Source: a virus | Length of the DNA stretch: 20,023 nt | UHGV virus genome: UHGV-0242051 | Strand: one strand, 5' to 3' | Part shown: positions 1 through 13,427 of the stretch, in pieces | Position numbering within the stretch: the stretch's first letter is position 1 | Layout of the letters: each line of letters opens with the position of its first letter | Program-made: the position numbers and the translations under genes | The notes under the pieces: model-generated | The model's database searches: none | What the model was told of the DNA's origin: nothing | What the model saw: the letters and a program-made list of their open reading frames with translations, nothing else

Positions 1-2134
1 TAGCACCTCCAATGGCGCTGCCGATACTCCCGACAATCCCCACCATTGCCTGCTTAAGCAGAATTTCTGTCATCATGGACAGCACGGAACGGGTGAAGCT
101 GCGCCAGTTCTGCTCACTGCCGGTCAGCATCGCCGCCATATTCTGTGCAATACCATCAAAGGTCTGCGTGGCTGCACTTTTTACCTGCGACATACTGTCC
201 GTGGCGCTCTCTTCCCACTCACTCCAGCCGGACTTCAGGCCTGCCATCCAGTTCCCGCGAAGCTGGTCTTCAGCCGCCCAGGTCTTTTTCTGCTCTGACA
301 TGACGTTATTCAGCGCCAGCGGATTATCGCCATACTGTTCCTTCAGGCGCTGTTCCGTGGCTTCCCGTTCTGCCTGCCGGTCAGTCAGCCCCCGGCTTTT
401 CGCATCAATGGCGGCCCGTTTTGCCCGTTGCTGCTGTGCGAATTTATCCGCCTGCTGCGCCAGCGCGTTCAGGCGCTCCTGATACGTAACCTTGTCGCCA
501 AGTGCAGCCAGTTGGCGTTTGTACTCCAGCGTCTCATCTTTATGCGCCAGCAGGGATTTCTCCTGTGCAGGCAGCTGGCGACGTTGCGCCGCCTCCTCCA
601 GTACCGCGAACTGACTCTCCGCCTTCCACAAATCCCGGCGCTGCTGGCTGATTTTCTCATTTGCTCCGGCATGCTTCTCCAGCGTCCGGAGTTCTGCCTG
701 AAGCGTCAGCAGGGCAGCATGAGCACTGTCTTCCTGACGATCGCCCGCAGACACCTTCACGCCGGACTGTTTCGGCTTTTTCAGCGTCGCTTCATAATCC
801 TTTTTCGCCGCCGCCATCAGCGTGTTGTAATCCGCCTGCAGGATTTTCCCGTCTTTCAGTGCCTTGTTCAGTTCTTCCTGACGGGCGGTATATTTCTCCA
901 GCGGCGTCTGCAGCCGTTCGTAAGCCTTCTGCGCCTCTTCGGTATATTTCAGCCGTGACGCTTCGGTATCGCTCTGCTGCTGCGCATTTTTGTCCTGTTG
1001 AGTCTGCTGCTCAGCCTTCTTTCGGGCGGCTTCAAGCGCAAGACGGGCCTTTTCACGGTCATCCCAGTAACGCGCCCGCGCTTCATCGTTAACAAAATAA
1101 TCATCCTTGCGCAGATTCCAGATGTCGTCTGCTTTCTTAAACGCAGCCTCTGCCTTAATCAGCATCTCCTGCGCGGTATCAGGACGACCAATATCCAGCA
1201 CCGCATCCCACATGGATTTGAATGCCCGCGCAGTCCTGTCTGCCCAGGTCTCCAGCGTGCCCATGTTCTCTTTCAGGCGGCGGGTCTGGTCATCAAACCC
1301 TTTCGTTGCGGCCTCGTTCGCCGCCTGCAATGCCCCGGCTTCATCGCCGGAACGCTGCAACTGAGCAACATACGCAATCTGCTCCGCCGTCACGTTATGG
1401 AACTGGCGTGCCATCGCCGTCAGCCCCGACGTCGGGTCTGTGGTCAGCTTCCCGAAGGCTTCAGCGACCTTGTCCACCTCCACGCCGGATGCAGAGGAGA
1501 AACGCGCCACACTCTGGCTGATGGACGCAATCTGAGCCTCACCGCTTACCCCCGCCTTAACCAGTGCGCTGAGTGACTCGCTGGTCTGGTTAAACGTCAG
1601 CCCTGCCGCCTGCCCGGCTCTGGACAGGACCAGCATACGATCTGCCGTCAGTCCCGCCTGATTGCCGGAAAGGACCAGCGTTTTGTTGAAATCGGACAGG
1701 GTTGAGTTGCCCTGATACCATGCATACGCCAGCGCACCGGTCGCCACCGCCAGCGAGGTGGCCCCCACCATCGGCAGGGTGATCGCACCGGCAAGCCCCC
1801 TGAACATGGGGATCATCCCGCCGAAGGAGTCCTTCACCTGCCCCCCCTGTTGCAGCAGGATCAGCCACGGACTTTGCCCGCCTGCAAGCTGCGTGGCCAC
1901 GTCGGTGAACTGTGCAGGCAGCATACGCATGGCGGCTTTATACTGCCCGACGGAAATCCCCGCTTTCTGTGCAGCCAGCGCCTGTCGGCTCAGCGACTGT
2001 TCAACGACTGCCGCTGTTTTTTTCGCATCACTTTCCGTACCGGAAAAATGACGCCTGACTCTGGCCATCTGCTCGTCAAATCTGGCCGCATCCAGACTCA
2101 AATCAACGACCAGATCGCCTACCGGTTCAGCCAT
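1..2134 (-). CDS. H: Tail tape measure protein, 5' portion only (about 711 codons); 3' end lies beyond window start
   Basis: ATG at 2134..2132 overlapping the T stop; minus-strand translation starts MAEPVGDLVVD and the codons at the window start read ...LLKQAMVGIVGSIGSAIGG, both matching remembered lambda gpH; reading frame is the same at both ends. Absent from the ORF track because no stop codon falls inside the window. Confidence 0.9.
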   Translation of the reverse strand, partial: MAEPVGDLVVDLSLDAARFDEQMARVRRHFSGTESDAKKTAAVVEQSLSRQALAAQKAGISVGQYKAAMRMLPAQFTDVATQLAGGQSPWLILLQQGGQVKDSFGGMIPMFRGLAGAITLPMVGATSLAVATGALAYAWYQGNSTLSDFNKTLVLSGNQAGLTADRMLVLSRAGQAAGLTFNQTSESLSALVKAGVSGEAQIASISQSVARFSSASGVEVDKVAEAFGKLTTDPTSGLTAMARQFHNVTAEQIAYVAQLQRSGDEAGALQAANEAATKGFDDQTRRLKENMGTLETWADRTARAFKSMWDAVLDIGRPDTAQEMLIKAEAAFKKADDIWNLRKDDYFVNDEARARYWDDREKARLALEAARKKAEQQTQQDKNAQQQSDTEASRLKYTEEAQKAYERLQTPLEKYTARQEELNKALKDGKILQADYNTLMAAAKKDYEATLKKPKQSGVKVSAGDRQEDSAHAALLTLQAELRTLEKHAGANEKISQQRRDLWKAESQFAVLEEAAQRRQLPAQEKSLLAHKDETLEYKRQLAALGDKVTYQERLNALAQQADKFAQQQRAKRAAIDAKSRGLTDRQAEREATEQRLKEQYGDNPLALNNVMSEQKKTWAAEDQLRGNWMAGLKSGWSEWEESATDSMSQVKSAATQTFDGIAQNMAAMLTGSEQNWRSFTRSVLSMMTEILLKQAMVGIVGSIGSAIGGA

Positions 2135-2567
2135 ACCGGACTCCTCCTGCGATCCCTTCTGATACTGTCATCAGCATTACGTCATCCTCCGTCATGTCCG
2201 CCACATCCGGGGAAGCGGGGATAACTTCATTCCCGTCCGGGCCAAAGCGGACACCTCCAGCAAGCCCTGCCGCTTTCTGCATCAGCACATCATCTTCAGG
2301 CTCTTCGTCAGCCTCGCGCCGGTTCAGCAGACTGAAATCCAGCGGATGCATATCCGGATCGCTGAAAAACAGGCTGAGCACGGTGTACGTCAGCCCGGAA
2401 AAGTGCATATCCAGCAGAACATCATGAAAATAATGGGTACTGTAAAAGCGGTGCCAGTCGGCATACTCCGTGGATGACATCCCGGCAAGCATGGCACGCC
2501 AGTCGGGTCGCCCCATCTCACGCGCCAGTTTCAGGGCAAAACTCAGCTCACCGTCGAACACTTTCCC
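2127..2567 (-). CDS. T: T-frame segment of the G-T fusion protein, reached by -1 programmed frameshift from G
   Basis: Track ORF 2127..2561 (VFDGELSFALKLAREMG...) is in the -1 frame relative to G and starts at the slippery heptamer; its stop overlaps the H start by 8 nt, as in lambda. Confidence 0.85.
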   Translation of the reverse strand, partial: GKVFDGELSFALKLAREMGRPDWRAMLAGMSSTEYADWHRFYSTHYFHDVLLDMHFSGLTYTVLSLFFSDPDMHPLDFSLLNRREADEEPEDDVLMQKAAGLAGGVRFGPDGNEVIPASPDVADMTEDDVMLMTVSEGIAGGVRYG

Positions 2568-2965
2568 GCAGAAACAGGCTCTGCGGGCCCGGCGTCCTCT
2601 GTCTGTTCAGGGGCATTATTCACCACAAACTCATACATACCAGACAGCCGGTACACCACGTTTTCAGCATGAGAAATTGCCTCCGTGGGCCAGGTGGTAA
2701 GCACGTCCTGCTCAATCTGTTTAACGGCTTCATTCATGGACGGCATCTGCGTCTTCTGCGGATGGTTATGCCACAGGGACATCGCCACCAGAAACGCGCC
2801 GGTTCTGATGGCGTCTTCCACAGTAAACTTCCGGTTGCTGTCTGACTCCGCCTGTTCTGCCTGCCGTTTCATCAGGGCGAGATGCTCAATGCGCTGCAGG
2901 GCTGACAGTTCAGAAAGCGTGACGGTCACACCGTTATGTTCAAATGATTCGGTTTTCAGGAACAT
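2543..2965 (-). CDS. G: Tail assembly chaperone G
   Basis: 140-aa track ORF (MFLKTESFEHNGVTVTLSEL...) matches remembered lambda gpG in length and sequence. Confidence 0.95.
   Translation of the reverse strand: MFLKTESFEHNGVTVTLSELSALQRIEHLALMKRQAEQAESDSNRKFTVEDAIRTGAFLVAMSLWHNHPQKTQMPSMNEAVKQIEQDVLTTWPTEAISHAENVVYRLSGMYEFVVNNAPEQTEDAGPAEPVSAGKCSTVS
2561..2567 (-). promoter_or_regulatory. Slippery heptamer G GGA AAG for the G to G-T -1 ribosomal frameshift
   Basis: Plus strand reads ctttccc here, so minus strand reads GGGAAAG, positioned so GGA and AAG are the G-frame codons 7 codons before the G stop. Confidence 0.8.
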
Positions 2966-2980
2966 CGCTGACTCTCCGGA

Positions 2981-3721
2981 TTAACTGGCGGTGACGTTGA
3001 TTTCTGCAACCGCAGCAAACTCACCATTACCGGATACCACCGGAATGTTGACCTTACCTGCAGCAACGCCGTTCACGGTGATGGTCATACCACTGACCGA
3101 CACGGTGGCTTTTGTTTTATCCGCAGACACCGCACGGAAGCTCTTGTCGGTTACGCCTTCCGGCTGGAATGCCACGGTCAGCGTGGTGCTCTGCCCTTTC
3201 ACTACGGAAGCACTGGCTGGTGTTACCGTCATGCCGGTTGCCGCTGTTACTGTGCTGCGATCTTCTGCCATCGACGGGCGTCCCACATTGGTGACCTTCA
3301 CCGTGCGGGTGATCACTTCCTTCGCCGTCACCGCCTTACCGATACTGCTGACCCAGCCACGGAACACATCGACCGTGCCGTTCGGGAAGCGGATTTTATA
3401 GGCACGGGTATCACCTTCATTAAACCACGCCAGCAGCGCCTGCTGCCCCTGCTCTCCGGGCATCCACGCCAGCGTGAAGCTGGTATCTCCGGCTGATTTC
3501 TGCCCCTGCCCGGTCGCAGTCCAGTCTGCATCTTCATCATCGAGATAGCTGTCGTCATAGGACTCAGCGGTCAGTTCGCCGGGCGTCAGGTCTTTAACTT
3601 TAGCCAGACGCGACCAGTCAACGTCTGAAAGCGGGTTCGCATAAGGGTCACCGTTCCCCTTATAAACCCACAGTGTGGTCCCGGCACCTTTCACCGGCAT
3701 TGTTGGATTTGGTACAGGCAT
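2981..3721 (-). CDS. V: Major tail tube protein V
   Basis: Track ORF 2981..3751 contains [22 protein letters not shown]...; start moved in-frame to Met11, giving 246 aa like lambda gpV. Confidence 0.95.
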   Translation of the reverse strand: MPVPNPTMPVKGAGTTLWVYKGNGDPYANPLSDVDWSRLAKVKDLTPGELTAESYDDSYLDDEDADWTATGQGQKSAGDTSFTLAWMPGEQGQQALLAWFNEGDTRAYKIRFPNGTVDVFRGWVSSIGKAVTAKEVITRTVKVTNVGRPSMAEDRSTVTAATGMTVTPASASVVKGQSTTLTVAFQPEGVTDKSFRAVSADKTKATVSVSGMTITVNGVAAGKVNIPVVSGNGEFAAVAEINVTAS

Positions 3722-3728
3722 AGCGTCC

Positions 3729-4124
3729 TCACATTTCATAGGTAATGACATACGTCAGATCGGCTGAACTCCACAGGCCCGCATCATCGTCGCGCCGGTA
3801 GTCATAGCCACTGGCCACCATACTGGTGATCAAATCTGACAGTGCCGGGATATCGCTCATCACCGGATAAATCCGGGACTCCATCCACGAATCCAGCTCT
3901 GAATCCGGCACCTGAGCAGGCAGGAAAACTTCAATATGCAGCTCCGCCTGCCAGGTATCGCTGTCCAGCTCTTCGCCCGTGTATTCAGCGCCGGTGAGAT
4001 AAACGGCAATTGCCGGAAAATCTTCCTCATCAAAAACAGCGGGGCGACCATCAAAAAGCGTCGCCCCGGTGTCATGCTTCTCCAGTGCATCCAGTACGGC
4101 TGCACGGAGTTCAGTATGTTTCAT
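3729..4124 (-). CDS. U: Tail terminator protein U
   Basis: 131-aa [29 protein letters not shown]... matches remembered lambda gpU; start overlaps the Z stop. Confidence 0.95.
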   Translation of the reverse strand: MKHTELRAAVLDALEKHDTGATLFDGRPAVFDEEDFPAIAVYLTGAEYTGEELDSDTWQAELHIEVFLPAQVPDSELDSWMESRIYPVMSDIPALSDLITSMVASGYDYRRDDDAGLWSSADLTYVITYEM

Positions 4125-4699
4125 CGCTTTATTACCATTCTCAGTTGATGCTGCAGCGCATAGCCCAGCTCTTTCGGAAGACGTTCACGCCGTATCCGTT
4201 CAATATTCTGTTTAAACGCCGTGGTAAGCGGCACCGCCATCGGGATTTTCACCACATCAATGGGGTAACGGTTTTTCCCGGCCACACGCTGCATGACATG
4301 CCACCGGCCATTTTTCAGTTGCTGAATAAACGCGCCGGGAATACGACGGTTCCCCACCACAAGCACGCTGCCGCCACCTTTCAGGGATGAACGCTGCCCC
4401 TTTTTACGACGCCTGCGGCGGGACAGGACAACCCGCGCATTACCCAGCTTGATTACGGGCAAATCCCCCCGGTTAACTTTGATTCTGGCCTGCGGGTTTT
4501 TGACCGTGGCCCTTTTCAGCCTGGCCCTTTCCTTTACCAGTTTCCGGCGTACCTTTGTCTCACGGGCAACCTGTGACGCCGACTGCGATATCGCGGATGA
4601 AGCAACGCGGTTAATGGCCATTGCGGCGGCACCGGGCACCGCCGTTTTGCTGATACGGCTGAGGTTTTCAACGGCCTGCTCAAGACCTTTTATGGCCAT
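4121..4699 (-). CDS. Z: Tail completion protein Z
   Basis: 192-aa ORF MAIKGLEQAVENLSRISKTAVPG... matches remembered lambda gpZ. Confidence 0.95.
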   Translation of the reverse strand: MAIKGLEQAVENLSRISKTAVPGAAAMAINRVASSAISQSASQVARETKVRRKLVKERARLKRATVKNPQARIKVNRGDLPVIKLGNARVVLSRRRRRKKGQRSSLKGGGSVLVVGNRRIPGAFIQQLKNGRWHVMQRVAGKNRYPIDVVKIPMAVPLTTAFKQNIERIRRERLPKELGYALQHQLRMVIKR

Positions 4700-4710
4700 A
4701 CATCCCCCTT

Positions 4711-5064
4711 TCAGCGGCGACGGTTAACGGCAGGCGGCACGCCCCGTCCAAGCCAGAGATGACAGCTTCCGCCATCATCCGGCGAAACCCGATCTACCCA
4801 GAAATTTTCCTCACCGATGGTCAGCGTGTCTCCACGCCGCAGCTGCCGCACCTCATCAGTCCGGACAAACAGGGACGGGCTGGAGCCTTCAACGCGCACG
4901 CCCTGTCCGGCATAGCTGATATTTTCAGGGTCATCAAAAACACCACGTATCACCGCACCGGACTGCTCACCGGATGTAATGGTTGCTGACGTTCCCATGT
5001 ACCCGCGTATCGTTTCATCGGCGCGGGCAATGGCAGCATCGAACAGGTTATCGAAATCAGCCAC
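4711..5064 (-). CDS. FII: Head-tail connector protein FII
   Basis: 117-aa ORF MADFDNLFDAAIARADETIRGYMG... matches remembered lambda gpFII. Confidence 0.95.
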   Translation of the reverse strand: MADFDNLFDAAIARADETIRGYMGTSATITSGEQSGAVIRGVFDDPENISYAGQGVRVEGSSPSLFVRTDEVRQLRRGDTLTIGEENFWVDRVSPDDGGSCHLWLGRGVPPAVNRRR

Positions 5065-5075
5065 AGCGCCTCCCG

Positions 5076-5474
5076 TTATTGCATTCTGGCCAGGCCGCGC
5101 TCTGTCATTTCGGCTGCCACACCGGCAGAGACACGAAACGCCGTTCCCGGCAGCACAAATGCCACAGGTTCATCCCGCGTGGCGTGAAGTGCATCAGTAT
5201 GCAGCTTCACCAGTGCCACGACCGTGACCAGTTCAGACGTATCCAGAATCACGGTATCCGGCTGCGCTGATCCCACCTCATTTTCATGTCCGGTCAGCAC
5301 ATTTTCCCGGCTGAGAGGGGTGTCCTGACCGGCAGTTTCATCCGTGTCATCAAGCTCCTCTTCCAGCTCTGCCACACGGAGCGCCAGTTCTTCTTTCGTC
5401 CCCGTCAGGCTGACATCACGGTTCAGTTGTTCACCCAGCGAGCGGAGACGGGCAATCAGTTCATCTTTCGTCAT
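5076..5474 (-). CDS. FI: DNA packaging accessory protein FI
   Basis: Track ORF 5076..5513 contains MTKDELIARLRSLGEQLNRDVSLTG...; start moved in-frame to Met14, giving 132 aa like lambda gpFI. Confidence 0.9.
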   Translation of the reverse strand: MTKDELIARLRSLGEQLNRDVSLTGTKEELALRVAELEEELDDTDETAGQDTPLSRENVLTGHENEVGSAQPDTVILDTSELVTVVALVKLHTDALHATRDEPVAFVLPGTAFRVSAGVAAEMTERGLARMQ

Positions 5475-5515
5475 GGACTCCTCCACAGAGAAACAATGGC
5501 CCCGAAGGGCCATGA

Positions 5516-6541
5516 TTACGCCAGTTGTACGGACACGAACTCATCAGGGTCAGCCAGCAGCATCAGCGGTGCTGACTGAATCATGGTGAACTCACGCGCC
5601 GGATCGCCGGTGGTCACCCAGTTTTTCGGGTAACGGGCAGAGGCGTTAATGCCTTCGCGCTGTGCGTCCGCATCCTGAATGCAGCCATAGGTGCGCAGAC
5701 CGCGTGCCTGAGTGTTCCCCAGCACCATCGTGTTGTCCGGCAGGAAGTTCTTTTTGACGCCGTTTTCCACGTACTGTCCGGAATACACGACGATGGCCAC
5801 ATCGCCATACATCCCCTTATAGGACACCGCTTTACCTAGGTCTTTCACCGCTGTCTCCAGCTCGGAATGAGAGCCGCGACGAGTATCCAGCTTCTCCTTG
5901 ACGGCTTTGAAGGAACGGAACAGCGCCCAGCCTTTCGGATCGAACACGATGATATTCACCACACCGCTGGCGTTCAGCGCGTAGGCTTCGATATCGTCGG
6001 TCGGGTCATACGTGGACTTGTCACGCTTGCTCCACTCCGTGCCGCCGGACTGCGTGATGTTATTCTCCTCACTGCGGCCCATATCCACCTCAACCGGATC
6101 GAAGGCTTCACCGGTCATGGTGTATTTGCCCTTAAGCACGGCAGAAACTGCCTGCATCTCTTCGACCTGAGCAATGGCCAGCTCTTCGTCACGCATGTTC
6201 TGCATGATGATGCGACGGCGGCGGTAAGCCGGGTCCGCCAGATTCTGCGGATCTTCATCCGGCAGGCGACGCAGGGTCATCTGCGGATTCACTTCATGCT
6301 TGGGTTTGACATATCCCGGCGTAAATTCAGAGGTGGAGCCGCCACGGGAACGGATAACCTCACCGGAAACAATCGGCGAAACGTACAGCGCCATGTTTAC
6401 CAGTCCCGGAATTTGTGAGAGATAGACTTTCTCCGTGGTGAAGGGATAGCTCTCACGGAAAAAGAGACGCAGAAACAGCGGATCAAACTTAAATTTCTGC
6501 TCATTTGCCGCCAGCAGTTGGGCGGTTGTGTACATCGACAT
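5516..6541 (-). CDS. E: Major capsid protein E
   Basis: Track ORF 5516..6568 contains MSMYTTAQLLAANEQKFKFDPLFLRLFF...; start moved in-frame to Met10, giving 341 aa like lambda gpE. Confidence 0.95.
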   Translation of the reverse strand: MSMYTTAQLLAANEQKFKFDPLFLRLFFRESYPFTTEKVYLSQIPGLVNMALYVSPIVSGEVIRSRGGSTSEFTPGYVKPKHEVNPQMTLRRLPDEDPQNLADPAYRRRRIIMQNMRDEELAIAQVEEMQAVSAVLKGKYTMTGEAFDPVEVDMGRSEENNITQSGGTEWSKRDKSTYDPTDDIEAYALNASGVVNIIVFDPKGWALFRSFKAVKEKLDTRRGSHSELETAVKDLGKAVSYKGMYGDVAIVVYSGQYVENGVKKNFLPDNTMVLGNTQARGLRTYGCIQDADAQREGINASARYPKNWVTTGDPAREFTMIQSAPLMLLADPDEFVSVQLA

Positions 6542-6596
6542 AAAAAAATCCCGTAAAAAAAGCCGCACAGGCGGCCTTTAGTGATGAAGGGTAAAG

Positions 6597-6929
6597 TTAA
6601 ACGATGCTGATTGCCGTTCCGGCAAACGCGGTCCGTTTTTTCGTCTCGTCGCTGGCAGCCTCCGGCCAGAGCACATCCTCATAACGGAACGTGCCGGACT
6701 TGTAGAACGTCAGCGTGGTGCTGGTCTGGTCAGCAGCAACCGCAAGAATGCCAACGGCAGCACCGTCGGTGGTGCCATCCCACGCAACCAGCTTACGGCT
6801 GGAGGTGTCCAGCATCAGCGGGGTCATTGCAGGCGCTTTCGCACTCAATCCGCCGGGCGCGGTTGCGGTATGAGCCGGGTCACTGTTGCCCTGCGGCTGG
6901 TAATGGGTAAAGGTTTCTTTGCTCGTCAT
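6597..6929 (-). CDS. D: Capsid decoration protein D
   Basis: Track ORF 6597..6935 contains [27 protein letters not shown]...; start moved to Met3, giving 110 aa like lambda gpD. Confidence 0.95.
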
Positions 6930-6938
6930 AAACATCCC

Positions 6939-7544
6939 TTACACTGGTGTGTTCAGCAAATCGTTAACGGCATCAGATGCCGGGTTACCTGCAGCCAGCG
7001 GTGCCGGTGCCCCCTGCATCAGACGATCCAGCGCAGTGTCACTGCGCGCCTGTGCACTCTGTGGTGCTGCGGCCAGAATGCGGCGGGCCGTTTTCACGGT
7101 CATACCGGGGGTTTCTGCCAGCACGCGTGCCTGTTCTTCGCGTCCGTGAGCCTCCTCACAGTTGAGGATCCCCATAATGCGGCTGTTTTCTGCCGCAACC
7201 GCTGCGGTGATCTGCGCGTTCACGTCCGGCTGCGCCGCGCTGGCGTTCTCGCCCTCCGTCGCTGGCACCACGTCAGTAACGTCAGCCTGCGAAGCAGTGG
7301 CTGAAACAGTTGTTGATTGAGTCTCTTTGGTCATTCGCCCTCCTGAGAGACGGGATTTACGTGCATCCAGTGCATCACGCATGACGGTGATCGCATCGGT
7401 GCTGTTAACAAGTTCATCAGCCAGTCCGGCATCAATGGCCTCCTGACCGCTGTACACTGCAGCCTCGGTATCCAGCACAGCCTGCACGGACAGGCCGGTA
7501 TATGCCGACACCTTCTGCGCAAACATCTGGCGGGTTGCGTCCAT
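6939..7544 (-). CDS. Nu3: Scaffold protein Nu3, nested in-frame in the 3' end of C
   Basis: Internal in-frame Met beginning MDATRQMFAQKVSAYTGLSV..., 201 aa to the shared stop, matching the lambda C/Nu3 nested arrangement. Confidence 0.8.
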   Translation of the reverse strand: MDATRQMFAQKVSAYTGLSVQAVLDTEAAVYSGQEAIDAGLADELVNSTDAITVMRDALDARKSRLSGGRMTKETQSTTVSATASQADVTDVVPATEGENASAAQPDVNAQITAAVAAENSRIMGILNCEEAHGREEQARVLAETPGMTVKTARRILAAAPQSAQARSDTALDRLMQGAPAPLAAGNPASDAVNDLLNTPV

Positions 7545-8238
7545 CCGGGACTGCAGTGTCTCCCGGACGTCATCCGGAAGATGGCTGTAGGGGTTGCCAT
7601 CCACCTTATGGCTGCCGCTGTAAATCAGCGTGATTTCCACACCCTGTTTCTCCAGCGCAGCACCGTAATTACTGTGAGCCATCATGACGCCGATGGAGCC
7701 TGTCCGGGCGGTCTGCGTGACCAGACGCCGGGAGGCGGCACTGGCAAGCAACTGACCTGCACTGCAGTTCATGTCGTTGGCAAGCGCCCATACCGGTTTT
7801 ATGTCACGCACACGGGCGATGATGTCAGCGCAGTCAAATGCCCCCGCCACCATCCCGCCGGGCGTGTCCATATCGAGCAGAATGCCGTCCACCATCGGAT
7901 CGCTGGCAGCCTGTTGCAGACGGGCGATAATGCCGTTGTAACCGGTCATCCCCGAGTACGGCTGCAGCGCCCGCGTCCGGCTGACCAGCGTGCCGGACAC
8001 CGGCAGCACGGCGATGCCGTTCATGACCTGATAACTGCGGGCCTGTCGTGGTCCGTCATCATCACCGGATAATGCCAGCGTCGCGAGTGCCTCCTGGGCA
8101 GTCAGGCTGTCGCCGGACACCGCATCCGTCAGGCGGCTGATCCCAAGCTGGCCTGCAAGCGCACAAAAGAAAACCCGCGCATAGGCGGGTTCAAGCATCA
8201 GCGGCTCATTAAAGGCCATGCTGGCAATATGCGGGAGA

Positions 8239-8258
<20 letters not shown>
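6939..8258 (-). CDS. C: Head maturation protease / scaffold protein C (ClpP/S49-like), GTG start overlapping the B stop
   Basis: Track ORF 6939..8393 contains (V)TAELRNLPHIASMAFNEPLMLEPAYARVFF...; counting back 439 codons puts the start on a GTG at 8258, overlapping B by 20 nt as in lambda. Confidence 0.9.
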
Positions 8259-11939
<3,681 letters not shown>

Positions 11940-11965
<26 letters not shown>

Positions 11966-12485
11966 TCAGCAACCCCGGTATCAGTTCATCCAGCGCGGCT
12001 GCTTTGTTCATGGCTTTGATGATATCCCGTTTCAGGAAATCAACATGTCGGTTTTCCAGTTCCGGAAAACGCCGCTGCACCGACAGGGGGAGCCCGTCGA
12101 GAATACTGGCAATTTCACCTGCGATCCGCGACAACACGAAAGTACAGAATGCGGTTTCCACCACTTCAGCGGAGTCTCTGGCATTCTTCAGTTCCTGTGC
12201 GTCGGCCTGCGCACGCGTAAGTCGATGGCGTTCGTACTCAATAGTTCCTGGCTGGAGATCTGCCTCGCTGGCCTGCCGCAGTTCTTCAACCTCCCGGCGC
12301 AGCTTTTCGTTCTCAATTTCAGCATCCCTTTCGGCATACCATTTTATGACGGCGGCAGAGTCATAAAGCACCTCATTACCCTTGCCACCGCCTCGCAGAA
12401 CGGGCATTCCCTGTTCCTGCCAGTTCTGAATGGTACGGATACTCGCACCGAAAATGTCAGCCAGCTGCTTTTTGTTGACTTCCAT
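11940..12485 (-). CDS. Nu1: Terminase small subunit Nu1
   Basis: 181-aa ORF MEVNKKQLADIFGASIRTIQNWQEQGMPVLRGGGKGNEVLYD... matches remembered lambda Nu1; sits directly next to cosB. Confidence 0.95.
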
Positions 12486-12700
12486 TGTTCATTCCACGGA
12501 CAAAAACAGAGAAAGGAAACGACAGAGGCCAAAAAGCTCGCTTTCAGCACCTGTCGTTTCCTTTCTTTTCAGAGGGTATTTTAAATAAAAACATTAAGTT
12601 ATGACGAAGAAGAACGGAAACGCCTTAAACCGGAAAATTTTCATAAATAGCGAAAACCCGCGAGGTCGCCGCCCCGTAACCTGTCGGATCGCCGGAAAGG
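12486..12700 (-). other. cos packaging site: cosB (Nu1-binding R-type repeats), cosN, cosQ-side flank
   Basis: Between the Nu1 start and cosN lie the repeats gaaaggaaacgacag (about 12511), ctgtcgtttcctttc (about 12551, inverted relative to the first) and gaacggaaacg (about 12613), resembling lambda R3/R2/R1; the flank past cosN resembles the remembered lambda right end. Confidence 0.85.
12663..12674. other. cosN: 12-nt cohesive-end sequence (aggtcgccgccc on plus strand = reverse complement of lambda GGGCGGCGACCT)
   Basis: Exact 12-mer read in the sequence, correctly placed about 180 bp upstream of the Nu1 start. Confidence 0.85.
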
Positions 12701-12873
12701 ACCCGCAAAATGATAATAATTATCATCTGCATGTCACAACGTGCATCTACGCCATCAAACCACGTCAAATAATCAATTATGACGCAGGTATCGTATTAAT
12801 TGATCTGCATCAACTTAACGTAAAAACAACTTCAGACAATACAAATCAGCGACACTGAATACGGGGCAACCTC

Positions 12874-13068
12874 ATGTCAACTAAGAACAGAACCCGCAGA
12901 ACAACAACCCGCAACATCCGCTTTCCTAACCAAATGATTGAACAAATTAACATCGCTCTTGAGCAAAAAGGGTCTGGGAATTTCTCAGCCTGGGTCATTG
13001 AAGCCTGCCGTCGGAGACTAACGTCAGAAAAGAGAGCATGTACATCAATCCAAAGTGATGATGAATAA
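12874..13068 (+). CDS. Hypothetical 64-aa protein with a possible ribbon-helix-helix (Arc/CopG-like) DNA-binding fold
   Basis: Track ORF MSTKNRTRRTTTRNIRFPNQMIEQINIALEQKGSGNFSAWVIEACRRRL...; basic N-terminus followed by a strand-helix-helix-like pattern. Opposite strand to late genes, between cos and bor. Weak RBS; fold assignment is a guess. Confidence 0.4.
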   Translation: MSTKNRTRRTTTRNIRFPNQMIEQINIALEQKGSGNFSAWVIEACRRRLTSEKRACTSIQSDDE

Positions 13069-13427
13069 ACATCCCGGTTTCTTCCACCATCGCACCGGAA
13101 AAGCGACTATGAGGGTAACCCTGCGTCTGTCAGCACAGTAAAACCCGGTGTGCATCGTTTTTGATTATTCCCGCACACTCACGCAGAAGGAATTCCCCGT
13201 CGGGCTACGGTCATGGTTAATGCGGGAATACGGCGACGATACAGCGCAGCTAAAAGGGTAATGGACAGAAAGAGCGGTTTATTTCATTCCACAGGATTCT
13301 GAGTGCCCCCCTCCTCCAATAGGCTGAGCATCCACCTATATAGTTTTAATTTTCATCAATCCATTTAACTATCGTTTAATTGTTGTCACATAGGATTCTG
13401 CCGTTTTTAACAATGCAGGATAATAAG

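Noticed and set aside
12-2051. Plus-strand track ORFs (12-482, 428-958, 661-1092, 998-1576, 1107-1364, 1222-1521, 1758-2051) overlapping the tape measure gene
   Set aside because: They are antisense to a long, well-supported H reading frame in GC-rich DNA; such shadow ORFs are expected and none has a recognisable product or RBS.
7581-8072. 163-aa plus-strand ORF inside gene C, and similar antisense ORFs inside B, E and V
   Set aside because: Antisense shadow ORFs within confidently assigned structural genes.
12601-12858. 85-aa plus-strand ORF spanning cosN
   Set aside because: Covers the cohesive-end site and its protein-binding repeats; the low-complexity translation looks non-coding.
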